From Eledone cirrhosa (taxonomy: Eukaryota): a stretch of 64,000 nt of DNA. The position numbers were made by a program, and so were the translations under genes. Below, piece by piece: positions 1 through 14,122 of the stretch. The first letter of the stretch is position 1, and each line of letters begins with the position of its first letter. The stretch spans positions 174,530,001-174,594,000 of the forward strand of contig OZ024742.1 of the NCBI GenBank assembly GCA_964016885.1. Direction: 5' to 3'. Under the pieces are notes generated by a model, which was given only the letters and a program-made list of their open reading frames with translations, was not told the DNA's origin and made no database searches.

Positions 1-1847
1 TTAAGACAAATATGTGTGTGTGTGTGTAGTAAAGAGGTTCATTGTTGTGATAATGGTCAGTAGGGATGTGTGTGTGAATTGCAGTCATGTTGAAAGGTCA
101 ACAGTTCAGGTGTCTATTAAGACAAATATGTGTGTGTGTGTAGCAGAGTGGTTCGTGGTAGAGGGAATAAATTTGGTCAGTAGGAATGTGTGTGGGGGAT
201 ATTTTAACATGTTGAAAGATATTTTTCAACTCTTGTTTTATACGGAGAAGTGTGTATGTGTGTGTATGTCTGTTTGTATGTTAGTGTATGTGTGTGTGTA
301 TATGTGTGTGTGGATGGACCAGTATGTTTGTGATACTGGTAAAAATGGTGTACATTATTCGATATTTTCAGTAATTTGCAAAAACGATTCTCTCAAAAGA
401 ACATAAAAAAGATTAATAATAAAAGGGGTGAAATGATGTATAGTATTGTCATAATACCAAGGTGTGTGTGAGTGTCCATATTGTACGTACTGCAAGGGGA
501 ATCCATTAGGCCCTGCCGTATGGGAATACTTGTGTACAAATATGTATGTGCCCATCAGTGTGAAATGCATGTGTGCGTATATGTATGTGTATGTGTCGGC
601 ACGTTTATATCTATAAACATCAAAAGGTATGCAAATGTGTGTATATTTGTGTTGCACTATAGAACATGTGTGTTTACGTATGTCATTGTGTTGATATGTC
701 GATAGAAATGTATGTAGGATGTATGCTGATGTAGGTATGTATGTTGACGTGTGTATGTTGTGGGTTCGTCTTAGGGAGAAGTGTTTAGACGGGGTCCGCA
801 TTTGTTAATAAAGTGAAATTCCTTGCTGATGCGCTGGGTGTGGGTGGCATTATCTTTAAATTTGTAGAAGGGAAAGATTCTAAAGATGGGATGATTTTGG
901 GCGGCACAGGTATCAATGTGTTCACTCAGTTGTATTTTTCTTTAATCCCTTATTTTAATTTGGGATATATGGACAGTCATGCATTGGCGGAGGCTGTTTT
1001 TAGTCTGGCCTATGTATTGTTCTCGACAACCTGAGCAAGTTAATACATATATTAGATTTTCTGATGCGCATGTGAAATTGTGTTTTACTATAAAACGTTG
1101 TCCTTTGAAATAGAATTCCGAACTCTCTATTAGGTTGATGCATATGCCACAGTTGGGTCTATCGCATTTTTTTTACTGTGGGTTTCTTTGTTGTGGTTGG
1201 CAGTAATTTGGCATGTGTTAGGATGTTTTTCATTGACTTAGATTGTCTTTTGCTCTTTATGACATCGGGTGTTCGAAGGATTTGGTTCATTCTTTGGTCC
1301 TCTTTTAAGACAGTGATGTTCTGGAGGATGGTGTCAAAGGCCTCATTGTTGAGGTGGTTGTGTGTGGAGATGTATGGAAGAGCTTTTAGTTTCGGTTGAT
1401 TTACTTTCGGTTTTCTAAGGTCCTGGGTACTGAGTTTTAGGGCACGTTGGATTCCATTGTCAATTAGTGATGCAGGGTAGTTTCTGCCTATGTGTGTGTC
1501 CTTCAGTTTTTGTAGCCGTAAGTAACAGGTGTTTTTATTGGAGACTATAGTACAGATTCTCTTGGCTAAGTTGTAGGGAATATTAATTTTAACGTGTCTA
1601 GGGTGGCAAGAGTTGAAAGGAAGATAGGATTTGGAGTCTGTGGGCTTGTAGTATATGTCTGTTTCTATTTTTTGTTATGAATCTTAATGAGGATGTCGAG
1701 GAAGGGAAGTTGTTGATGGCTGTATTCCATCGTAAAGTTAATATTCGTGTTGAGCCCATTTATAAAGGTGTGAAATTCTTTAAGTTTCTCGATGTTTTCG
1801 TGCAAAAGGATGAAGCAGTCATCTAGATATCGCTTCCAGTTCTTTTC
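1..1847 (-). mobile_element. 5'-truncated AT-rich Penelope-like element (Neptune-type): RT C-terminus, GIY-YIG endonuclease and CA-rich 3' region running off the window start
   Basis: Manual minus-strand translation of about 771-1847: NWKRYLDDCFIL, LPFLDILI, DIYYKPTDSKSYLPFNSCHPRHVKINIPYNLAKRIC, Cys linker KKCDRPNCGIC, then FTCASENLIYVLTCSGCREQYIGQT. Contains an internal stop and a frameshift. The 5' end abuts (TA)n at 1848. Confidence 0.9.
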
Positions 1848-1867
1848 TATATATATATATATATATA

Positions 1868-3580
1868 TGTCGCCTGGCGGACCGAGTCACGGAGCACCTC
1901 CGGGATATTCGTCTCGGGGGCAGTTCCCCCATCGCCCGCCACTTTGGTGGCCCTGGACACTCCGCACGGCATCTCACAGTCTGTGGTCTACTCCAGTGCC
2001 ACGGAACACCCGCCCATCGCCTTATGGTCGAACAACGAACTATCTTCATCTTACAGACCCACACTCCCCCCGGCCTGAACTCCCCACCCATATTCCTTTA
2101 GCGTTCGACCGCCCCCTCTCCCCCCCACACTTATCCCCCACTAACACCAATAACACACCCCTCCTTTTCACCGCCCACCCCACACTAACAATACTAACAC
2201 CTCCACTCCACCCCTCATCTGACCACCCTTCCCCAACTAACATACTAACATCCCTTCCCTCCCCTCTTCTCCTCCTCCCCCCTCCTTATCACCCGCACAC
2301 ACGCACCCACTTACACCACCAACCCCACACGCAACTAACATCACTAACACCCCCAACCCCACGCACCCACACACCGTCGTACACCACCAACTCTACACAC
2401 CCTACCACCACTAACCCCCACTCACACCTGCATTCAACCCCTCCCCACCTCCCGTATACTAACACCCACTAACACCTCTTCCCCAAACTACACACACACC
2501 AGTACACCACACTCCCTCCATAGAACCACACACACCCTTCTCTCCCGGCTCCACCCCCCCCCGCTCCAGACTCACTCATCCCACTAACACCCCTACTAAT
2601 ACACACACACACACACAACCTCCTCACTCCAACTTTCACACCTACCCATCCTCGCCCCCTTACCATTCTATCGACTGCTGCTATGCCCTTCTGACCACCT
2701 GCCAGCACCAACAGACCACAGCACTCCCACTGCTGACCACTTCCTGTTGCGCGCGCACCCCACATCTCTCCTCTTCCGACCACCGCTTCATGGACTACCC
2801 ACACGCAGAAATTGACTTATAACCAATCCTCCTAACATCCTTGGAACTTACCAACTTTTCAACCATCCTCTTACGTCATCACCTATATAACTCACCCACA
2901 CACACACCCCAAAAAATGTTTTTCTCCACACGCCACCCACACCCACAACACGCTTAAACCCCACACACACGTGCTTCCCACCACATATTTACACCCTCAG
3001 CCTCCTGATTCCTCTCCCCCCACCCCCTATCCACACACGCACAGACACTCCGACCCACAAAAACACCCCCCACACAAACCTCTTCCTGAACATGCAACCC
3101 CGTTCTTCCCCAACCCTTACTTTCACATACACACACACACACGCACACCTACACACACACACCACCTTCAGCCCTCCCCGCTCGGACACCCCGTATCCCT
3201 CTCCCCACTCCACCCACCACCACCCCTACTCACCCCACACCCTTCCACCACCTGTTTACCCCCTTTTAATTTCAGTTTATTTTGATCATGCCTTTATTTT
3301 TAAATTTTCTCATTCCTTGTATTTTGATCATGCTTTATTTTTATTTTTCATCTTTATTTGTTAATTTTTCATTCGCACCGTTTCCTTTCGCTATATGTCT
3401 CTCCACCACTCCCTTACACACCTTTGAACTCTGTTCCCACACACTTCTCACCTGAGGAAGGGCTTATGCCCGAAACGTCGTCCCCCCACCTACCCCCCAC
3501 TCTCCTGAGCGTGAAATTAATAAACATTTATTGTACTGCCTCTCTGCTTTGTCCCTGTTCAAATTTTGCCATTATATATA
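1868..3580 (+). repeat. 5' pseudo-LTR of the C-rich PLE (endonuclease C-terminus plus 3' UTR)
   Basis: Near-identical to 6422-8143 with scattered substitutions and indels. Confidence 0.92.
3452..3480 (+). ncRNA. Minimal type-I hammerhead ribozyme motif in the PLE pseudo-LTR
   Basis: CTGAGGA-a-GGGC ttat GCCC-GAAA-CG-TC^G; palindromic ACGT stem III; stem I short or interrupted. Confidence 0.8.
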
Positions 3581-3994
3581 ATACACGCTCACACGGCTTC
3601 CATCCTTGGAACATAACTTAAGAACCGGCTCAACCCCGATCTAATCCGCCGTGACCTTTCTCCGAACTTTACACACCTTCCCACACTTCGTCTTTCCTTC
3701 CACGCATTACCTCTGTTTGATTTTGTTACCGTACATTTTTTTTCCGTATAAGATTCTTTGCCTGTGTTCTTACAATTGTATTTCTATGATTTATTGTTCA
3801 CAATCGCCTGTGTTTTTACCTTTATGATTTTTTGTCTTTAATTTTCCTGTGTTTACTCACCCCTCCCTACGTTTTTCTGTTTCATTTCCCTTCCCCGTCT
3901 CTGATAATCCTTCGCACTCACCTCTTCGTTCACTCCACCCCGATTCACACCCCTGCCCTCTCATCCCTCCCCCTGCTTTCACCCAACGCCCATC

Positions 3995-6650
3995 ATGCCC
4001 AACCTGAGATCCTTTCTCCACCAACTACACAATCGCCTCAAACTTTTCCTCACCCCCTTCTCCCACCCTGCTATCTCCCCTCCGCCCTTCAACTCTCCTA
4101 CCTTCTCTTCGCCAAAACCCGGCACTCCAGCCACATCCATTTCCTCAGCCACTGCCTCCGCCTCCACCTTATCCCCCTCGGCTTCCGTCTACACTTTCAC
4201 CCCTCTCCCGCCGCTTCCCCCTCCACGCAACGTATCCTCACCCGATCCTAACGCCTCCTGATGCGCAACTCCATCCGCGCCTCCCGTTCCACCCTCCGCC
4301 TACTTGACCACCAACTGACCCCCACCCTCCTCCGCCTTTACTCCACCTGCCACCCCCTCCTCGCCCAAGCCATCCTCTCCTTCATCCACAACCTCAACCA
4401 CAACCTCTTCTCGTTCCTCAGCTCCACCAAAGCCCGCAAGCTACACTCACTCCTCCCAGCCCCACCCCCATCCACCACCACCCGTCCATCCCCATACGCC
4501 CACCACTCTCCACCTCTCCCTCGACCCACACCCCTACCCAATCTCCACCCTCCACCTCACCCCTCACCCCACCCTCCCGTACCCCAAACACCCAAACCCC
4601 ACCCCTTGTTGTCACCATACCCCCTGACCTCCCCCTCTCCGCACCTGAGCGCTCACTCCTTAGTAGAGGCCTTCGCTTCATACCCCACACTCCGCACAGC
4701 GAAGAGTTCCGCACCCGAACGGAAACGAGCGATTCGTGCGACGCACTAAGCTACAGGCACATTTCGGCCGAACGCCACCGGCTCCGGACGCCCCAGACCC
4801 GTTTCTCGTCCTGGGCCGACGACCATCTTCTTGGACGCCGGCCCCAGGGCAATTTAGCACCCTGGACGCCTTCGTCGATGCCAGCCGTAGCGCAGTAAAT
4901 CGTTTCGACTTCCGTCACCGTTCCAAACGGCACAATATCTCACGGGGCGAACTCCTCGCTCTCCGCTCCCTCCGTAGCCGAGATGACATCGTCATCAAAC
5001 CGGCGGACAAGGGAGGCGCTGTAGTGGTATGGCGCGCGGACCTCTACACGGCCGAAGCCCTCAGGCAGCTCTGTAACCCCCTCTTTTACCGCCCTCTACC
5101 CTCCGATCCCACCCCCCTCTACCAACAACAAGTCTCCTCCACCATCAAAGACCTTATCGCCTCCTCCCCCCCACCGCTTCCCACCTCATCGTCTGCACCC
5201 CCACACCCCACCATCTACTTCCTCCCCAAACTCCACAAACCCGACAACCCCGGCGGCCCCATCGTCTCCGTTTGCAACTGCCCCACCGAACTCCGCCTTT
5301 CTCGACTCCCTCCTCGCCTCCCTTGTCACCACCCTCCCCTCCCACATCTCCGACACCAACCACGCCCTGAGCCTTTTCGACTCCTTCACCTACCTACCCG
5401 GCCCACAGCCCTTCCACTTCACCCTAGACATCAAGTCCCTCTATACAGTCATCCCCCACGCCGACGGCCTTCGCGCCCTCAAACACTACCTCGAACTTCG
5501 CCCCTCCCCCATTCCCTCCACCCCCACCCTCCTTCGCCTCGCCGAGCTGGTCCTCACCCTAAATTGTTTCTCCTTCTCGGGTGAGTTTTACCAACAGGTC
5601 ACGGGGGTAGCCATGGGCACAAGAATGGGCCCGAACTATGCCAACCTTTTTGTTGGCCATGTTGAGGCCCAAATCTTTGCCCAGTACACCGGCCCCACGC
5701 CCGAACTGTACGGTCGTTACATTGACGACTGTATCGGAGCCACGACCCTCACCCGAGAACAGCTCGACTCCTTTCTCTCCTTCTTCTGCTCCTTCCACCC
5801 CTCCCTCCACTTCACCACCTCTATCTCCACCACCCATGTCCACTTCTTAGACATCTCCGTCGCCTTCGACCCCTCCCACCACTCCCTCGTCACCTCCGCC
5901 TTCTTCAAACCCACCGACTCCCACTCTTACCTCGACTTCACCTCTTCCCACCCCACCCACACTAAACACTCCATTCCCTACTCCCAACTTCTCAGGATCC
6001 GCCGCCTCTGTAGCCGTGATGCTGACTTCGAGTCCCAGGCCCTTTCCCTAGTCAGCCATTTCATCCGCATATTTTACCCCCCCCCCCCACCCACTATCTC
6101 GTCTACACCGCTCTCACCCGCGCCCGTGCTATCCCCCGCTCCACCACCCTCACCCCACGCCACCACACACCCACCCAACGTCTCCCCTTCCCCATCACCT
6201 ACCACCCCTCCACCGCACCCCTCCACCGCACCATCCGCCGCCTCTTCCGACGCCTCTTCCGACGCCTCCAGTCCGACCCCTCCACCTCCCACATATTCCC
6301 AACCCCACCACTCCCCTCCTTCAAACGCGCACGCAATCTCCGCACCCTTCTCGTCCACAGCTCCCTACCCCCCAACCCACGCTCTGTTCCCCTCCCCGGA
6401 CTTATGTCGGACAGACCGGACGTCGCCTGGCGGACCGAGTCCGGAGCACCTCCGGGATATTCGTCTCGGGGGCAGTTCCCCCATCGCCCGCCACTTTGGT
6501 GGCCCTGGACACTCCGCACGCCAACTCACAGTCTGTGGCCTACTCCAGTGCCACGGAACACCCGCCCATCGCCTTACGGTTGAACAACGAACTATCTTCA
6601 TCTTACAGACCCACACTCCCCCCCGGCCTGAACTCCCCACCCTTATTCCT
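3995..6650 (+). pseudogene. Frameshifted PLE ORF (N-terminal domain, reverse transcriptase, partial GIY-YIG endonuclease)
   Basis: Motifs across frames: TRHSSHIHFLSHCLRLHLIPLGFRL, DIVIKPADKGGAVVVW, IYFLPKLHKPDNPGGPIVS, GVAMGTRMGPNYANLFVG, RYIDDCIG, FLDISV, FKPTDSHSYL, YVGQTGRRLADRV.EHLRDI. Many frameshifts, several at C runs. The Cys linker and GIY half appear deleted near 6375-6400. Confidence 0.9.
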
Positions 6651-8023
6651 TTAGCGTTCGACCCCCCCCCCCCTCTCCCCCCACACTTATCCCCCACTAA
6701 ACCACTAACACACCCCTCCTTTTCACCGCCCACCCCACACTAACAATACTAACACTTCCACTCCACCCCTCATCTGACCACCCTTCCCCAACTAACATAC
6801 TGACATCCCTTCCCTCCCCTCTTCTCCTCCTCCCCCCTCCTTATCACCCGCACACACGCACCCACTTACACCACCCACCCCACACGCAACTAACATCACT
6901 AACACCCCCCAACCCCACGCACACGTACCCACACACCCTCGTACCCCACCAACTCTACACACCCTACCACCACTAACCCCCACTCACACCTGCATTCAAC
7001 CCCTCCCCACCTCCCGTATACTAACACCCACTAACACCTCTTCCCCAAACTACACACACACCAGTACACCACACTACCTCCATAGAACCACACACTCCCT
7101 TCTCTCCCGGCTCCACCCACACCCCCGCTCCAGACTCACTCATCCCACTAACACCCCTACACACACACACAGACACACACCCTCCTCACTCCAACTTTCA
7201 CACCTACCCATCCTCGCCCCCTTAACATTCCACCGACTGCTGCCATGCCCTTCTGACCACCTGCCAGCACCAACAGACCACAGCACTCCCACTGCTGACC
7301 ACTTCCTGTTGCGCGCGCACCCCACATCTCTCCTCTTCCGACCACCGCTTCATGGATTACCCACACGCAGAAATTGACTTATAACCAATCCTCCTAACAT
7401 CCTTGGAACTTACCAACTTTTCAACCATCCTCTTACGTCATCACCTATATAACTCACCCACACACACACCCCACAAAGATGTTTTTCTCCACACGCCACC
7501 CACATCCACAACACGCTTAAACCCCACACACACGTGCTTCCCACCACATATTTACACCCTCAGCCTCCTGATTCCTCTCCCCCCACCCCCCTATCCACAC
7601 ACGCACAGACACTCCGACCCACAAAAACACCCCCCACACACACTTCTTCCTGAACATGCAACCCCGTTCTTCCCCCAACCCTTACTTTCACATACACACA
7701 CACACACACACACGCACACCTACACACACACACCACCTTCAGCCCTCCCCGCTCGGACACCCGTCTCCCTCTCCCCACTCCACTCACCACCACCCCTACT
7801 CACCCCACACCCTTCCACCACCTGTTTACCCCCCTTTTAATTTCAGTTTATTTTGATCATGCCTTTATTTTTAAATTTTCTCATTCCTTGTATTTTGATC
7901 ATGCTTTATTTTTATTTTTCATCTTTATTTGTTCATTTTTCATTCGCACCGTTTCCTTTCGCTATATGTCTCTCCACCACTCCCTTACACACCTTTTGAA
8001 CTCTGTTCCCACACACTTCTCAC

Positions 8024-8052
8024 CTGAGGAAGGGCTTATGCCCGAAACGTCG
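8024..8052 (+). ncRNA. Second copy of the pseudo-LTR hammerhead motif
   Basis: Identical CTGAGGAAGGGCTTATGCCCGAAACGTCG. Confidence 0.8.
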
Positions 8053-8140
8053 TCCCCCACCTACCCCCCACTCTCCTGAGCGTGAAATTAATAAACATTT
8101 ATTGTACTGCCTCTCTGTTTTGTCCCTGTTCAAATTTTGC

Positions 8141-8237
<97 letters not shown>

Positions 8238-8582
8238 ATATATATATATGCATGCATACACAGATATTATACTTGCATATACACATATGTACATGCATAT
8301 ACATTAAACATGACAGAGGTCCAGCACAACATATTAAGGCAATGATTTCTTTGTTGTGATGAATGTACTTCAAAATTCATTGGCTCAAGCATTGTTAGAA
8401 ATTTAGGTTGACATGAGATAAATGCAGAATCAATAAAGCTTTATTGTATCTGTTGAGACAAGCATCTCAAATAATGCAAACTAACTCATCCAATAGATAT
8501 ATATTAACAGGTACAGCTTTCCATGGACATTGATGTTTAGTTAGCTTCATTTTCTTAAGTGACATATTACTTTGGTTTTCTT

Positions 8583-8658
<76 letters not shown>

Positions 8659-9073
8659 GCTAGCATGAAAAATGGATGTTAAACGAAAATGATGATGATG
8701 ATGATGATGATGATATCTATCCCTTGCTATCAGGGAAACTTGACATTAAAGGATGATGACATATATACATATATATACATGAATATAAACATTCATATAT
8801 ACAGGCTTTTATACATGCATGTACATATCCATGTATACATACATAAAACTCAACTTATAATCTGTGTGGGTGTATATGTATATATTTATGTACATATATA
8901 TATATATACATATATATATATAATGTTTATACAGACTGCAGATCATCCTTTATTCATGCGTACATAAATACATGACTTGAAAGATTTTTCTAAGTCGTTT
9001 GTACTTTCTAACAGATAAACATATACAATCATAAGTATACACACCATATCTATCTATTTACTTACCTATCTAC

Positions 9074-9151
<78 letters not shown>

Positions 9152-9203
9152 TATTATAGAATGCTGTTAGCTTCTCGCTAAAACAATCTCTATACCTCTC
9201 ATT

Positions 9204-10906
<1,703 letters not shown>

Positions 10907-10938
10907 AGGCATATATATGTGTATATACACATATATAT

Positions 10939-11272
10939 GGCGGCACATGGCTTAGTGGTTAGAGCCTTGCAATCGAAAGGTTGTGAGTTCAATTCTCAGA
11001 CCGGGTGATGTGTTGTTTCCTTGAGCAAGACACTTTATTTCACATTGCTCCAGTTTACTCAGTTGTAGAAATGAGATGATAGGGACTGAGGTCCCTATCA
11101 TTCCACTGTAAAGTGGTCGTGTAGGTTCCACGGCAAAAAAGCACCCACCACTAACTGTAAATGAGGTTGGTGTTAGGAAGGGCATCCAGCTGTAGAAATC
11201 AAGCCACAATCAGTTCCAGTCCCACCCTTGCAAGCAGGGAAAAGTGGACGTAAAATGATGATGATGATGATG

Positions 11273-11275
<3 letters not shown>
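10939..11275 (+). mobile_element. tRNA-derived CORE-type SINE with RTE-derived tail
   Basis: A box TGGCTTAGTGG, B box GAGTTCAATTC, CORE-like CCTTGAGCAAGACACTTTATTTCAC, tail CCCACCCTTGCAAGCAGGGAAAAGTGGACGTAAAA(TGA)n. Near-identical copies at 18069, 38060 and 45554. Confidence 0.8.
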
Positions 11276-11336
<61 letters not shown>

Positions 11337-11718
11337 CGTGTGCATGTGATTGACTATATATGTATATGTGTGTTACAAGTAAACAGAAGGTGGGTTTAGA
11401 ATGGGGGGTATAAGAAAGAGGATTTGGAAAACGCTATGTAGTATTTAACTTAAATATACAAACATATGCATGAACAAGTATACAGACTACAATAGAATGA
11501 GGGAGGCTGTATGTGTCTGAATGATCTTTCTAGAAAAAGGCAACCAGCACAGCTTGTAAAGTGGTTGGCATTACAAAGTACATCCAGATGTAGAAGCCAT
11601 GCCTGATAATGCACAAAATTGGTTACACCAACCAATTTTGTCTCAGACTTCACAACTCACGAGCAGGGAAGTGGACTTCAAAATGCTGATAGAGATGTAT
11701 ATATATATATATATATAT

Positions 11719-12880
11719 AATCTGGTGGGCTCTTAGAAAACTAGAAGTAGATGAATGTCTTGTGAAAGCTGTACAAGCCATATATAGGGGAGCAGTCAGC
11801 AAAGTTGGGATTAGCAATGAGTATAGCGAGGAATTTAGAGTACAGATTGGTGTCCACCAGGGCTCTGTTCTTAGCCCTCTCCTGTTCATCATAGTCCTGC
11901 AGGTAATAACGGAGGAGTTAAGACCAGATCCCCATGGGAACTCCTGTATGCAGATGACCTCGCACTTATAGCTGAATCTATGGTAGAACTAGAGAAAACA
12001 TTCCAAACTTGGAAGCAGGGACTAGAAAGAAAGGGTCTCGAAGTCAACCTGACAAAGACAAAGGTCCTTGTAAGTAGACGAGAAAACAGAACCCAGATCC
12101 CCTCAGGGAAATGGCCTTGCTCAGTGTGTAAGAAAGGTGTAGGTAGGAACTCCATTATCTGCCCCAAATGCAAACAATGTGTACACAAGAGATATAGCGG
12201 GATCTCAGGAAGCTTAATTAAGAATGTAGGCTTCACATGTAGCAGCTGTGCTGGGACAGCAAACAGCAAACAGCCACAGGAAACAAGTACCACCAATCTC
12301 TGGGAGGGCTCTGTAGAAACAGTAGACAGCTTCTGCTAACTAGGTGCCCGAATTAGCAGCGCCGGTGGGTGTCAGAAAGTACAATAACTAGGGTAAGAAC
12401 GGGATGGAAGAAGTTCAGGGAACTACTGCCACTGCTAGCTGCAAAACGCTTTTCCCTCAAAATGAAAGGCAGTCTGTATGATGCGTGTATACGAACAGCA
12501 ATGTTGCATGGTAGTGAGACCCGGGCGCTGAAGGTGGAAGACTTATGTATATTAGAAAGAAACGAAGCCTGCATGCTCTGATGGATGTGTAATAGTAATA
12601 TACGCGAATGGCAAAGCATAAATGAATTGAGAGAGAGACTGAGCATAAGACGAATCAAATGCTGTGTGCAGGAGAGGCGGTTGCGTTGGTATGGACATGT
12701 GATGTGTATGAAGGATGACAGCTGAATAAAAAGGTGCAGAGCACTAGAAGTCATTAGAAACCGCGGTATGGGGAGACACAAGAAGACCTGGGATGAGGTG
12801 ATAAAAGCCGACCTTACTCAATTACACCTCTCAAAACGATGACACACGACCGTGACCTCTGGCGTCACACAGTAAGAAAG
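11719..12880 (+). mobile_element. 5'-truncated RTE-clade LINE fragment (RT)
   Basis: IWWALRKL, GVHQGSVLSPLLF, WELLYADDL (after a frameshift), VNLTKTKVLV, Cys insert KWPCSVCKKGVGRNSIIC, RVRTGWKKFRELLPLL, RRLRWYGHV; stops present. Confidence 0.88.
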
Positions 12881-12929
12881 AGTACCCGACCTCCCATGGG
12901 TACAAGCTGAAGCATATAGACAATATGCC

Positions 12930-13217
12930 CCCACACCCTCCCACTGCAAAGTGGTCGTGGAAATGCCACGGCAAAAAAGCCCCCAGCCGACACTGTAAAA
13001 TGGACGTGTAGGTGCCACGGAAAAAAGCACCCAGCACTCACTGTAAATGAGGTTGGTGTTAGGAAGGGCATCCAGCTGTAGAAATCAAGCCAAAATTAGT
13101 TCCTGTATGAGCAAGGCATGGTCAGCCGACCAGACACTGCCCACAACAGGACAACCCGTCCAACCCATGCTAGCATGGAAGAACGGACATAAAACGGTGA
13201 TGATGATGATGATGATG
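12930..13217 (+). mobile_element. SINE/RTE 3' tail fragment
   Basis: About 40-bp subrepeats GTAAAGTGG..GTGCCACGG..AAAAAGCACCC, then AGGAAGGGCATCCAGCTGTAGAAA and CAACCCATGCTAGCATGGAA..(TGA)n. Similar decayed tails at about 15700-15990, 21300-21690, 33850-34150 and 57770-58300. Confidence 0.7.
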
Positions 13218-13906
13218 ATATATATATATTGGAAAAGTAAATAACAACAACAAGGAGTACAGTTCCGATAGGTGTTATATATATATATATGTGTGTGTGT
13301 ATATATGCTGGAATGGGGTAGATGAATTACCATGTTATGAGTGTAGCTATGTTAGGTGACCAGGTCTTGCTCATACAGATCAGTTCTTGGCTAGGCTTTC
13401 TACAGCTGGACGCCCTTCCAAATGGCAACCACATAAAGCATGTACTACAATCTTTAATCATGGTTTTACTTAGTGCCTATTTTGGCATGGCAACAGCATG
13501 CTGTGAAGTGGTTTCGTTATATGAAGGGCATCCAGCCATAGAACGTTTGCCAGACAAAGAGTCAGTAGGACCCTGCAATTGTGTCATGGGCATAACAACC
13601 TCCCTAGTGTTGGTAATTTACATGATAAATGCACCCAGTACAGACTTTAAAATGGTTGGTGATAGAAAGCGTATCAATGCATCGAAATCAAGCCAAATAA
13701 AGGGTTGTGAGGACCTGCAGTTGTTTCAAAGGCATGAAAACATCTCCTGAGAGATGGTACATTAGCAAGACACAGATCCCTGGCTTGCTTGGGAGATCAG
13801 TGGCTCTGCTTCAGTACAAACTTGGTCTATATAGACCTGTCCCACCCTTGCTAGAAGGGAAAGTGGAGCTTAAAATGACAATGATGATGATGCTGGTATA
13901 TATATA

Positions 13907-14024
13907 TAGGAAAAAGTATGACCCCGACGGCAGAGCTCAAGCCGTTTCGATGGCTATTTCTGGAGTCCAGAAATAGCTGTCGAAACGGCATGAGCTCTGC
14001 TGTCGGGGGTCATACTTTTTCCTA
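13907..14024. repeat. 118-bp near-perfect palindrome between TA tracts
   Basis: TAGGAAAAAGTATGACCCCGACGG...TTTCTGGA-g-TCCAGAAA...GGGGTCATACTTTTTCCTA, centred on 13965. Confidence 0.95.
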
Positions 14025-14122
14025 TTGCCCACTCTACTACCCTAAGTATTGAGTACTCTGGTGCGTTATGGTCCATCTGGTTCCTTACTACAATTCCTTT
14101 GTTATATATATATGTATACAAA

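Larger units (their letters stand above)
1868..8143 (+). mobile_element. C-rich Penelope-like element in partial-tandem form (pseudo-LTR, ORF, pseudo-LTR) inserted in (TA)n
   Basis: 1868-3580 is a direct repeat of 6422-8143; both start GTCGCCTGGCGGACCGAGTC and end CAAATTTTGC.ATTATATAT. An RT/GIY-YIG ORF lies between them. (TA)n on both flanks. Confidence 0.93.

Noticed and set aside
1792-7856. Many Pro/His/Thr-rich and Gly/Val/Trp-rich ORFs
   Set aside because: These are alternative-frame or antisense readings of the C-rich PLE.
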